The notes under the pieces are model-generated. The model searched no databases. It was given only the letters and a program-made list of their open reading frames with translations, and was not told the DNA's origin. A stretch of DNA of 64,000 nt from the human T2T-CHM13v2.0 reference genome, Homo sapiens, in the NCBI RefSeq assembly GCF_009914755.1, contig NC_060926.1; one strand, given 5' to 3'. The position numbers and the translations under genes were made by a program. Shown piece after piece: positions 1-12,070 of this stretch (the stretch's first letter is position 1; every line of letters begins with the position of its first letter).

Positions 1-775
1 ATCAAAACAAATCTTTCAGACCACAGCACAGTCAAATTAGAACTTAAGGTTAAGAAATTTACTTAAAACCACACAACTACACGGAAATTGAACAACCTGC
101 TCCTGAATGACTCGTGGGTAAATAGTGAAATTAAGGTAGAAATCAAGAAGTTCTTTGAAAATAATGAAAACAAAGATACAGCGTACCAGAATCTCTGGGA
201 CACAGCTAAAGCTGTGTTAAGAGGAACATTTATAGCACTAAGTGCCCACATCAGAAAGCTAGAAAGATCTCAAGTTAACAACCTAACATCACAACTAAAA
301 GAACTAGAGAACCAAGAGCAAACAAACCAAAAAGATAGCAGAAGACAAGAAATAACCAAGATCAGAGCAGAACTGAAGAAGATAGAGAGACAAAAAACCC
401 TTCAAAAATTTAACAAATGCAGGTGCTGTTTTTTTGAAAAAAAATTAATAAAATAGGCTGCTAACTACACTAATGAAAAAGAGAAGAATCAAATAAACAC
501 AATCAGAAATGATAAGGGGGATACCACCACTGACCCAACCAAAATACAAACAACCATCAGAGAATACTATAAACACCTCCAAGCACATAAACTAAAAAAT
601 CTCAAAGAGATGGATAAATTCCTGGATGCATACATTCTCCCAAGACTGAAACAGGAAGAAATTGAATCCCTAAATAGACCAATAAGGAGTTCTGAAAAGG
701 GGGCAGTATAAAATAGCCTACCAACCAAAACAAGCCCAGGACCATGTGGATTCTCACTGAATTCCACCAGAAGTA

Positions 776-821
<46 letters not shown>

Positions 822-3412
822 AACATTTCTTCTGAAACTATTCCAAACAAACGAAATGGAGGGAATCCTCCCTAACTCATTCTGTGAGGTCAGCATCATC
901 CTGATACCAAAACCTGGCAGAAATACAACAACAACAAAAAACTTGGGGCCAATATCCTTGATAAACATTGATGCAAAAATTCTCAATAAAATACTGGCAA
1001 ACCAACTCCATCAGCACATCAAAAAGTTTATTCACCAGAATTAAGGCAGCTTCATCCCCAGGATGCAAGTTTGGTTCAACATATGCAAATCAATAAATGT
1101 GATTCATCACATAAACGGAATTAAAGAAAAAATCATGACTATCTCAATAGATGTAGAAAAGGCCTTTGATAAGATTCAACATTTCTTAATGTGAAAAATT
1201 CTCAATACACCAGGTATTGAGAGAACATACCTCGAAATAATAAAAACCGCATATGACAAACCCACCAATATCATGCTGAAGGGCAAAAGCTGGAAGCATT
1301 TCCCTTAAAAACAGGTACAAGACAAGGATGCCCTCTCTCAACACTCCTATTCAACATAGTAATGGAAGTTCTGGCCAGGGCAATGAAGCAAGAGAAGGAA
1401 ATAAAATGTATACTAATAGGAAGAGAGAAAGTCAAACTATCTGTATTTTCAGGTCACGTGATTCTATATCTAGAAAACCCCATCATCTCAGCCCAAAAAC
1501 TTATTAAGCTGGTAAACAACTTCAGCAAAGTCTCCTGATACAAGATTAATCTGTAAAAAATTACTAGCATTCCAAAACACCAACAACCATCAGGCCAAGA
1601 GCCAAATTATGAATGAACTCCCATTCACAATTGCCACAAAAATAATAAAATACCTAGAAATAGAGCTAAGTAGGGAGGTGCAAGATTTCTACAAGGAGAA
1701 ATACAAACCGCTGCTCAAAGAAATCAGAGATGACACAAACAAATGCATAAACATTCCGTACTCATTTCATGCTCATGGATTTCATGATCATTGGAAGAAT
1801 CAATATTGTTAAAATGGGCATATTGCCCAAAGCAATTTACAGATTCAATGCTATTTCTATTAAACCACCATTGAGATTCATTTTAAAATCCATATGGATC
1901 CAAAAAAGAGCCCAGATAGCAAAGGCAATCCTAAGCAGAAAGAACAAAGCTGGAGGTATCATGATACCCAACTTGAAACTATATTACAAGTCTACAGTAA
2001 CCAAAACACCATGGTTACTGGTACAGAACCAGACACATAGACCAATGTAACAAAATAGCCCAGAAATAAGACTGCACATCTACATGATCTGATCTTCAAC
2101 AAATCTGACAAAAGCAAGCAATCAGGAAAGGATTTTCTATTCAATAAATGGTGCTGGGATAACTGGATAGCCATGTGCAGAAGATTAAAACTGGATCCCT
2201 TCCTTAGATCATATATAAAAATTAACTCAAGATGGATTAAAGACTTAAATGTAAACCCAGTGCTATAAAAACTCTGGACGATAACCTAGGCAATACCATT
2301 CAGGACATAGGCATGAGCAAAGATTTCATGACAAAGATACCAAAAGCAATTAAAACAAAAGCAAAAATTGACAAATGGGATCTAATTAAACTAAAGAGCA
2401 AAAGAAGTTATCAACAAGAGTAAACAAACAACCTACAGAATGGGAGAAAGTTTTTGCAAAATATGCATCTGACAAAGGTCTAATATCCAGCATCTATAGG
2501 GAACTTAAATTTACAAGAAAAAAAACAAACAACTTTATTACAAAGTGGGCAAATGAAATGAACAAACACTTCAAAAGAAGACATACATGTGGCCAACAAT
2601 CACATGAAAAAAGGCTCTACGTCACTAATCATTAGAGAAATGCAAATCAACCACAATAAAATACCATCTCACAACAGTCAGAATTACTATTATCAAAAAG
2701 TCAAAAAATAACAGATACCTGTGAGGTTCTGTAAAAAAAAAATGCTTATACCACTGGTGGGAGTATAAATTAGTTCAGTCATTGTGGAACACAGTGTGAC
2801 AATTCTTCAAAGGCCTAAAGACAGAAATACCATTTGACCCAGTAATCCCATTACTGAGTATATACCCAAAGGAATATAAATTATTCTATCATAAAGACAC
2901 ATGCACATATGTGTTCACTACAACTCTGTTCACAGTAGCAAAGACATGAAATCAACCTAAATGCCCATCAGGGATGGACTTGAAAAAGATAATGTGGAAC
3001 ATGTACACCATGAAATACTATGCATTCATAAAAATGAGATCATGTCCTTTAAGGGAACATGGACGGAGCTGGAGCTGGAGGCTATTCTCCTTAACAAAGT
3101 AACACAGGAACAGAAAACCAAATAGTGCATGTTCTCACTTATAAGTGGGAGCTAAATGATGAGAACACATGAACACATAGACCGTCTATGGGTCTATGTA
3201 GAATCACACACACACACACTGTGGCCTATTGGAGGGTGGAGAGTGAGAGAAGGGAGAAGAGCAGGAAAATATCTATTGGGTACTAGGTTCAATAGTTGAA
3301 CCTATTGAACGGGTGATGAAATAATCTGTACAACAAGTCCCATGACACAAGTTTACCTATATAACAAACCTCTACATGTACATGTACCCCTGAACTCAAA
3401 AGTTACAATAAA
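1..3412 (+). mobile_element. LINE-1 (L1PA13-15-like), ORF2 through 3'UTR, degraded; continues left of window
   Basis: ORF fragments [15 protein letters not shown]..., [19 protein letters not shown]..., [10 protein letters not shown]..., [12 protein letters not shown] are L1 ORF2p. 3'UTR reads GGGTGATGAAATAATCTGTACAAC...CATGTACCCCTGAAC. Many stops and frameshifts. Confidence 0.95.
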
Positions 3413-3414
3413 GG

Positions 3415-4270
3415 CAAGCTACATACTGAAAAAATATACTTTGTATTTGTACTGTTAACAGATAATTGATATCTAAAATTTATAAAGGAGTTATGTAAAT
3501 AATAAAAAAAATCCAAAAGCTAAATGGACAAAAGTTAAAGGCTAATAATTTATAAAATAAAACATATACGTGAATTTTAAATATGTAACAAAGTGTCCAA
3601 GTTTATTAGCAATTAAAGAAAAGTAAATTAAAATAAGACTATCCAGACTTGCAAAATTTCTCAAAGTTTAATAATTTGAAGTTGCCATGGGTGTGGGGAG
3701 ATAGAGTGCCTGTTTTTATAAATTGTAGGTGCAGGGGTGAGATTAGTTCAGCCACTTTGGATTTTCAATATAAATAAGATTTGACTCAGAAATTCTATTT
3801 TTCAGAGTTCATTCTGAAAATACATATGCAAATGAACATGAATATATGTGAATATTACAGCACTATTTGTAACAGTAAATTGAAAATAATCTAAGGGAGT
3901 GTAAACTGAGGTTATTGAAGTAAATTACAATGCAGCTATTGTTAGGATTAATATGGCATCATTAAAAAGAATATGTTAAATCTGTGTGTATTGACACAGA
4001 AAGTCAGGCAAGCTTTATGCTGCAGAAAAATGTCAATGGCAGTGCAATACAAATACTACGACTCCATATGTGCCTAGAACAAAAAAGTTTATTAAGATAA
4101 AGTCCTAATTAACAGCAATTACCCCTAAAATTAGTGTTTGAGGTGGGGGAATGGACATGAGAAAATGGAAAAGAGAAGGAAGGAAGACCATTGCTTTTCC
4201 ACTACATTATCCTGTATCATTTGGAACTATTACTGTGTGTATTAACTCTGTGATTAAAATTTTTAAAAGT
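3415..4270 (+). mobile_element. Ancient L1M (L1ME/L1MC-like) 3' fragment
   Basis: Highly diverged L1 ORF2-end/3'UTR motifs (GATATCTAAAATTTATAAAG, AAATGGACAAAAG, TTAGTTCAGCCACTTTGG, CAGCACTATTTGTAACAG). Confidence 0.6.
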
Positions 4271-4549
4271 TCAATAATTATAAATCAATAATACATAATG
4301 ATAAGTATGGACTGAGTAGTGGGAAAGGACAGAGAAGATCTCAAACTAGTAGATAATTTTCCACAAAAGTTTATTCATTTAAAGCTAAAGAATGGAAGGG
4401 AGATGTTCTCTGGAAGGCCTAGGCTGTGCAGTCTTTAAGTCACTGCTTGTTCTTGTGGTTATTAATTACTCATAGATGAGATTTCATAGGTTTTCCATGC
4501 CCGGGACCTGGCATTATATCAGAAATGTATGCATGAATATTCAGAATGT

Positions 4550-4814
4550 GGCCAGGCAAGGTGGCTCATGCCTGTAATCCCAGCACTCCCAGAACTTTGG
4601 GAGGCCAAGGCGGGCGGATCACGAGGTCAGGAGTTCGAGACCATCCTGGCTAATACGGCAAAACCCCATATCTACTAAAAATATAAAAATTAGCCGGGAG
4701 TGGTGGCAGGCACCTGTAGTTCCAGCTACTTGAGTACTAATCTCACCTCTGAGTCAGAAGAAGAATCGCTTGAACCTGGGAGGTGGAGGTTGCAGTGAGC
4801 ACCCCCAAAAAAAA
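4550..4814 (+). mobile_element. Alu (S/Y type), rearranged, right arm 3'-deleted
   Basis: Starts GGCCAGGCAAGGTGGCTCATGCCTGTAATCCCAGC, has central TACTAAAAATAT linker, ends TGCAGTGAGC then a short A tail. Degenerate TSD GAATATTCAGAATGT (4535-4549) / GAAAATTCACAACGT (4815-4829). Confidence 0.93.
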
Positions 4815-5829
4815 GAAAATTCACAACGTGTGTGCCTGAAGGTGTGCGTATGTGTGTGTTCATGAATTTTAGAATTAAGAGACTTAAAAAAAGATATGTT
4901 GCTTATTTATCACTTATTATTTTAAGGCATTGATTAGGGAGAAACTTGAAGTATTACCTCTTTGACCTGTGTCTTTCCACCTTACTGTTGCTTGAGGCCT
5001 AGTGATATTTATTTGCAACATAAATTGCAGATATTGAACAACAAAAAACTGATTTCTCCCCTAGATATAGAACAATTTGCAAAAAACAGCTTTTGATCGT
5101 TTTGGGAAAAACTGAAATCTTTATGTCTCCCGTAAATGTATACATATTCTTTTTCTCTAAGGCCTTTTACTCTGTGCTTGTAAGACCGACTACCAACATC
5201 TCTCCCTAGGTATATTTATTGAATTTAGGAGTTTCATTTTGTTGCCAAAAATGTAGTAATTGTGAAGAATGGCAAGAAATAATAAAATATAGATAGAATT
5301 AGCTTTATACTGACATCCCTGGATATGTCTTCCACTGGCCTTAAATTTGGATCCTGGTTCCATTTTAGTCTTCTCAGTGTTGTAGGCACAAGGAAATGCA
5401 GCTCTTACTAGTCAAGGAAAATACTACTCAAATCATCAAGCAGGTATGTGGCAGGTGGCCATTCAGGAGTTCAAACTCAATAAATTTCAAACTCCATGAA
5501 ATAGGGAGCAGGGAGCTTCACAACACTATTGTTTTTGATAGCATCTGCTCATTTTCCAGTCACCAAAGAAAGCTCTACTACTCTTGAGATATCTCAAAAT
5601 ACAAGATTTTTTCACTTACTTGAAATGAATCTATTTTAGAAGTGCTGTTTGTGTCATAAATTCAGTTTCTAACCAAAACTGCTTCTGTGTGGCTGAAAAG
5701 GAGTGGGTTACAGTAACATCTTTTTTAGCTAAATATTTCTTAAAGTCCTATCACATGAAATATGAATGTTGTATCGTGGAAGGTTAATAATTAATCTTGC
5801 ATATTTTAGACTTGCAAACCCTACCAAAC

Positions 5830-5935
5830 ATTAGAGGCTGTGTGGCTTGCCTGGAACCACAGCAAATTGGCTGAATAACCAGGACTAAGACACAGAATGT
5901 TCTGTTTCACAGTTCAGGGCTTTGCAACCACACTG
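5830..5935 (-). mobile_element. MIR fragment
   Basis: Resembles the reverse-complement MIR core (AGAGGCTGTGTGGCTTGCCTGG..CACAGC...CAGGGCTTTGCAACCAC). Confidence 0.45.
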
Positions 5936-7197
5936 ATTTATCATAATGACACCTCAAGACCAGAAAACATTGGCAAACAGGAAGAAAGAAGGATTTGTAC
6001 AAAACAGAGCAATGAACTAAGGGGAAAAGAGAGAAGGAGAAATGGGGCATAAAGGTAAAAAAGGAAAATGAGAGAGAAAACAATATAAGATTAGAGGAAA
6101 AAATAAAACTAAAATCTATTATTAAGTGCTTTTATCTCAGTGGACAGAATATAAACATCCGAGCACCATTATTTAATCCATAATTCACTCCAGAAAACTG
6201 TATTGAGGACCTCAGTAAAGAAGACAGACCGCAATAAGTTTTCAAATCAATGTCAGTAAGCATTAATATTATAATATGAAAAAGTAAAAAGGAAAAAATA
6301 GAATAGGAAGAAGGGAAGAAAGATCTCTGTTTCTTATTGCTCTCATTTGACATTTGTTCATATAATATTTAATTAAATTATGTAAAGCACAAAAATTCTA
6401 GAAACAAGTACATTTGGTGAGCATAGAATTTTGTAGCTATATTAGGCAGGAATTTACTAGCAGGGAGTATTCAGAATGCCATTAACATCAGTCTGTGAGG
6501 TTTATGGAGTGTAGATTAATTCAGTGCATTATTAAGTGGAAGTCAGTTCAGAGAGCTTCTACTGTAAATGACCAATAACAATAGCTTGCCCTTTTAGCAC
6601 CAGCTTTCTGAAATTGTTCTGGAAATGAACTCAGTTGGTAGGCATTCCCCTAAGCAATTTAAAAGGATAGATTTAGAAGCCTGAAATGTATGCTGACTCT
6701 GAATAAACTCTCTCTAAAACTAGAAAGGAGAATTTTCTCCTGTAGATAAGTTCGTCAGTGTGGGATATCCCATCTTCTATAAACCAGGCAAAGTAATTCA
6801 GGAGTACCACCAGCACACAACTAGGATTGTAGAATCTAACCATGACATTCTTTCATATTATATCTGTAAGGTGTGAGCCAAGCTTTTAATACAGTTTTCC
6901 TCTATGCTGAAGACAAAGTAGCTTAGTCAGACACAAGATAAGTTGTCTGAAACGATTATTTTGAATAATTGGGTATGCTTGGCAACAGAAAACATAAATT
7001 TTATAGAAATTAACTGAAAGTTTCAGAATGAATCAGGCATAAGACAATATTTTTTAAGAATCTGATGACTTTAGCCAAATATGTGTATGTTTCTGCACAC
7101 ACATGTATGTGTCCATGTGCATGCATGCACGCATGCACTTGCGTGGATCTACTTTTTATTAACTGGCACTGTTTAACAATATAAAGAAGCTAATCAA

Positions 7198-8452
7198 TGT
7201 TGATGAAAAACCAAACTCAGTAAAAATATTTAAAGAGATTTATTATCAGCCAATATGAGTGATCATGGCCTGCAGTACAGTCTCAAGAGGTCCTAAGAAA
7301 CGGTGCCCAAGTTGGTTGGGTCACAGTTTGGTTTTATACATTTTAGGGAGACAGGAGTTACAGGCAAAGACATAAATCAATACCTGTAAGATATACATTG
7401 GTTGGGACCCCAAAGGCAGTACATCTCAAAGAAGGGGAGGGGGTGACTCTTACAAGTCATGCCTGGGTTCAAAGATTTTCTGGCTGGCAATTGTTTGAAA
7501 AGGCTCAGCTTTCTCTAAAGACTTGAACTAAATGCTTGAGTTAAGATAAGGGGGAACGTGGAAGCCAAGTTTCCTGTACATAGGTAAAGCCTCTAGGTAG
7601 CAGCCTTAGAGAGAATATGGTTAATGTCTCTCTCTTTTCAGATGCTAAAGATATTGGACCCTCATTTAGTCTCTCTCAGACATAGGAAAGACCTAGAATG
7701 GGAAGATTCTCTGCAGATGTATATTTCTCCCACAAAAGACAGTTTTCCAGGACCACTTCAAAATATGTCAAGGAAATATATTTTGGTGTAAACTATTTCG
7801 ATTTCTCTCAGGGTCTGTGTATTAGTCCATTCTCATGCTGCTAATAAAGACATATCCAAGATTGGATAATTTATAAAGAAAAAGAGGTTACATATGGCTT
7901 GAGAGGCCTGACAATCATGGCAAAAGGCGGAGGAGGAAAAAAGGCATATCATACATGGCGACAGGCAACAGAATGTGTGTAGGTATAGGGGAAGTGCCCT
8001 TTATAAACCATCAGATATCGTATGCCTTATTTACAATCATGAGAACAGCATGGGAATGACCTGTCCCCATGATTCAATTACCTCCCACTGGGTTTGTCCC
8101 GTGACACATAGGGATTATGGGAGCTACATGCAAAATGAAACTTGGGTGGGGACACAGCTAAACTACATTAGTCTGCTAACTGTCATGTGACGCTATACCA
8201 GAGTCAGGTTGGAATTAATAATCTAATTGTTACAAAGAGTCTTTTTTTTGTCAGTCTTATGCTCTATCTTTTAATGTTAATGCTGGTTAGTTATGTCTAA
8301 ACTCCAAAAGGACTGGGATATAACAAAGTGTGTTCAACCTCCTGTCCTGTCATAGCCTAGAATTTAATTCTTCAGCTTTCTCTGGGTTCCTCTTTGCCAA
8401 AGGGGAGTCATTGAGTCAGCTGAGAGGCTTAGGCTTTTATTTTTGATTTACA
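7198..8452 (-). mobile_element. MER4-group ERV1 solo LTR, split by a THE1 LTR
   Basis: Right end TTTTATTTTTGATTTACA is the reverse complement of the MER4 start TGTAAACCAAAAATAAAA. Left end TGTTGATGAAAAACCAAACTC. Typical body GGTTTTATACATTTTAGGGAGACAGGAGTTACAGGCAAAGACATAAATC. Confidence 0.85.
7818..8170 (-). mobile_element. THE1 (MaLR) solo LTR
   Basis: TGTATTAGTCCATTCTCATGCTGCTAATAAAGAC...GGTGGGGACACAGCTAAAC. Perfect 5-bp TSD GTCTG (7813-7817, 8171-8175). Confidence 0.93.
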
Positions 8453-9534
8453 GCAGTAATTGGGGAAGATACTCATTTTTTAAAACTATTCATTAAATAT
8501 TTAGTAAAATGAAAAGCTCCCTGGTGTGTGTGTGCCATTTGTTTGAAATGCAGCTTTCTAGGACCATATCAGTTAAAATAGTCTGGGACCAATGCCCACC
8601 ATTTGTCTTTTCTATCTGTTCACAGGGCATATAAATGAGGAACAATAAAGCTTATTAGAAAACATTGCCATACAAGTGTTTACCCTATACCATTCTTTGT
8701 TTTTCTCTTCTTTTTTTTTTCCTTCTCTGAACCAGTTCTACTCTGCTTTTCAATGGGATCATTATGTACCTAATCACTGAGTTCCACTGTATTGGGTGCT
8801 TGAGTAGTATGGAGATGCCTTTTAATTTTTCAAGCTTTTTTGAGAGCTATCTCATTTTCTAGATGAGAATAAAACAGAAAGCAACTTGACTGATGTCACA
8901 TACAACAATAACTAGAACTACCTGGTGCTAACTCCAAAACCCATTGTTTCTCAGATTGATCCTTGGCTTTCCCAGCAATTTGGGATTTCACTAACTATTT
9001 ATCCTCTCTAATTTAGATGCATGTGGGTAACTTGTCTCGATGCCAGCCTTGTGAAAGAGAAAACCCTGACTCTTTCTTTGTCCAAAATGCCCCACCCCTG
9101 CAGAATTGAGGTAGTAAAATATCGAACACATTTGCAATTAGAATTTTAAAACATGCTATGTGAATCTTCAGATTTCCTTTTCTTTGCTGTATATAATACA
9201 CAAAGCTAAATTCCCTGCTATTAATAATCCTGCTGTGTGTGGGGATGTGGCAGGAAAAGGCCACATTATGATATTTTTATACAAATTATTGCAAGTCATG
9301 CTGTCCTGTCAACCTCAAAATGAGAGCCCTAGCTGCAACTTAAGTAAAATAATTCATCAAAGGTAAAGGGATTAATGGTATGTCTTGCATGCATAGTTAT
9401 TTCCTCATTTACCATTCAAAAACTATTTATGACTGTCTAGTAATTTAGGCATGGCATCATATGCATGGGCTTAGTGTAGTTACATTGCCAATATTAAGAT
9501 TCTTTCTGGCCCTGGGAACTGTGCTGGTTAAAAG

Positions 9535-10120
9535 TGGAGTTCAGGAAATGCCACCCCCAAATATACCACTTTGGAGTATATACTGATATCTTTGAACCAA
9601 GGGCACTTGGGGAAGATCAGATATAAGCAGAATCTTTCTCTGAGCTCCGCTTAGCTGCCTAACAACAGATCCTGCAAAATTAACCCATTTGTCATGAATC
9701 TCTTCCCCAGGGATTCTATTAACCAAGGAAAATTAACTGGGATCCCAGGAGATAAGGATGAAGTTTGATACCATGCCCAGATAGACAATCACCTGTTGTT
9801 CTGAGTGCTGCTCCAAGACAACTTTTATTACCTGAGAGATGCTTTATCTGTATAATAAGACAACATTTATTCACCATACATCTCCTCCATCACCCTCCCA
9901 CAGCTTGTGTTACCACCATCTCCCTGAAGCGCCTCAAGATGTTGTATAAGCTGCAATCTTTTGATTCTTCTTCAAGACTCCTATATTGTGGGACTCCCAT
10001 GCATACATATGCAAATAAATACGGTTTTTTCTCCTGTTAATATGTCTTATGTCAATTTAATTTATAGCCCAGCCAAGGAACCTAAAAGAATGAAGCCAAG
10101 ACATTTGTTGCTCTCCTACA
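9535..10120 (+). mobile_element. MER34-like ERV1 solo LTR
   Basis: TG...CA ends. Starts TGGAGTTCAGGAAATGCCACCCCCAAATATACCACTTTGG, has AATAAA at ~10015, ends CTCTCCTACA. Flanks AAAG/AAAC. Homologous to the LTR at 52895-53388. Confidence 0.75.
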
Positions 10121-10354
10121 AAACTAATTTAAAAGACACATTTCAAGAAGATAAAAGTCTCTTTCCATTAGTTCTGGTAGGAGAGCAGTCTTGCATTACT
10201 TTTTGGTCTTCATATTAGTGATTAATAACACAGTTTGTGAGTGATTGGCTATTATCCCATACATAAGCAGATAATTTCTGAGGTTGGGTTTTTCTGCTGC
10301 TGATAAGTGGATGTATTTTATATCATCAAAGGAATTTAGATATTTCTATTCGTT

Positions 10355-10485
10355 CTCTGTCCATGCATTATTTTTAACATATTTACCAAATATTCACTAT
10401 GTGCCAGGCATTATGCTAGTTACTGAATATACAGTAGTAATTAGAAGCCATCTTCTTTATTCTCATGAAGTTTAAAATTTAATAG
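10355..10485 (-). mobile_element. L2 3' fragment
   Basis: CATATTTACC..CACTATGTGCCAGGCATTATGCTAG...CTCATGAAGTTTA is typical of the antisense L2 3' end. Confidence 0.6.
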
Positions 10486-10519
10486 AGGGTTTCAGCTTTA
10501 TTAGAGTGAAGGTTGTCAC

Positions 10520-12070
10520 TTACGTGCTACAAACACAAAGCTGGACAAACTGACTCACCATCTTTTGGATGCATCAAAAGACTGATATTGCAGGGTGAGC
10601 TTCCAATTGAAAATTGAAAGAGACACGTGAAACCATAGAGTCACAGCTGAGATTTTCTCCCAAAGAACAGAAGCTGATAAACAGCCATAAACTGACAGGA
10701 ACACTTTAATGGCAATTTTGATCATTTGCTGGAGGCTGAGAGTGACTGTTATGAGAACAAGTAATTCCTGGGGACTGTGGTCTTAGAGGGATCCCACACT
10801 TTCCTGGGCTTTACCTATCAACACCCCATCAAGTTCTCTCAGTGAAAATCAGATGCCCTCCAGGCCAGGAAGTAGGTGGAGCAAGAAATGTACAAGATGA
10901 TCCTGGAGTATCTAGTAGTACCAGCAAGTGAAGAAGTGCTAAAAACTCAAACAAACAAACATAAACAAGACCATGATAACTAGGTTATGTCAAATGGATA
11001 AAAAAAAAATGAAAGAATGCCCAATGGCTAAAGTTGAAGTGATTTGAGCTACAAAAATAAGTAATATGGTATAGGATTATAGTCCAAATATGAAATAAAC
11101 ATTCACAAGTTCATACTAATGTAAGTAAATGATTGACTATATTCACAAACAGGAGAGGAAGGACAAATCTCTTATCCAGAAGAAGCCCAAGTAACTGATG
11201 TAGACACTCCACTTTCAAGGGGGGTGGAGCATATCTCATATCTCCCTGTTCTTTAACTGTAGACACTGCATTGTGACTTCCTTCCAAATAGTGCAGTATG
11301 GAAAGAAGAAAACTGGTAACTTTACAATAGAGAAACCTGACAAAGAATCTTATCCAGGTGGTAAAGTTTAACATAAATAGTGACAAGTAATGTTCATAGT
11401 ATGCACCCTTGATGTGTGATGAAAATGATGCTTTACCTCTGAGTCTTCCCTAAAATCACATAACTCCAGTCTAATCACAGGAAAAATATCAGACAAATCC
11501 CAGCTGAAAGACATTCTACAACATATCTGACCACTACTCCTCAAAACTTCAAGGTTGTCAAAAACAAGGAAAATCTGAGAAATGCTCACAGCCAAGAGAC
11601 TAAAGATACTTAAGACTTAATGTAATATGGTATCCTGGGTGTAATCCTGGAACAGAAAAAAGGACATTAGGTTTAAAAGCAAATTAAGTATATATAAATA
11701 AAGTATTATTTTAGTTAATAATAATGAACTAATATTGGTTTATGAATGGAAATAAATGTACAATACTAACGTATGAGATACTAACAATAAGAAAAACTGG
11801 GTACAAAGTATATAGAAACTCAGTACTATCTTTACAACTTTTTTGTAAAACTAAAACTATTCTAAATTTTACTTTTTAAAAAGTGAAATGGAAATAAAAA
11901 TATTCTCAGACAAAACTTGAAAAAAATTATCACTAGAATACCTACACTGCAGAAAATATTAATGTAAATTCCTTAGGTAGATGGAAAGTATGTAGGTCAG
12001 AAACCTGGATTTATGTAAAGAAAGACAAAATATCAAGAAAAAATAAATAGACAAAATACTTTTCCTCTTT
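10520..12070 (+). mobile_element. Old L1M fragments (L1MD/L1MC-like 3'UTR at ~10885-11880, with 5'/ORF1-like pieces on either side)
   Basis: Long L1MD/MC-type 3'UTR motifs (ACATTCTACAACATATCTGACC, ATCCTGGAACAGAAAAAAGGACATTAG, TACTATCTTTACAACTTTTTTGTAAAACTAAAACTATTC). ORF1-end-like AAATAAAAATATTCTCAGACAAA follows. Confidence 0.6.
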
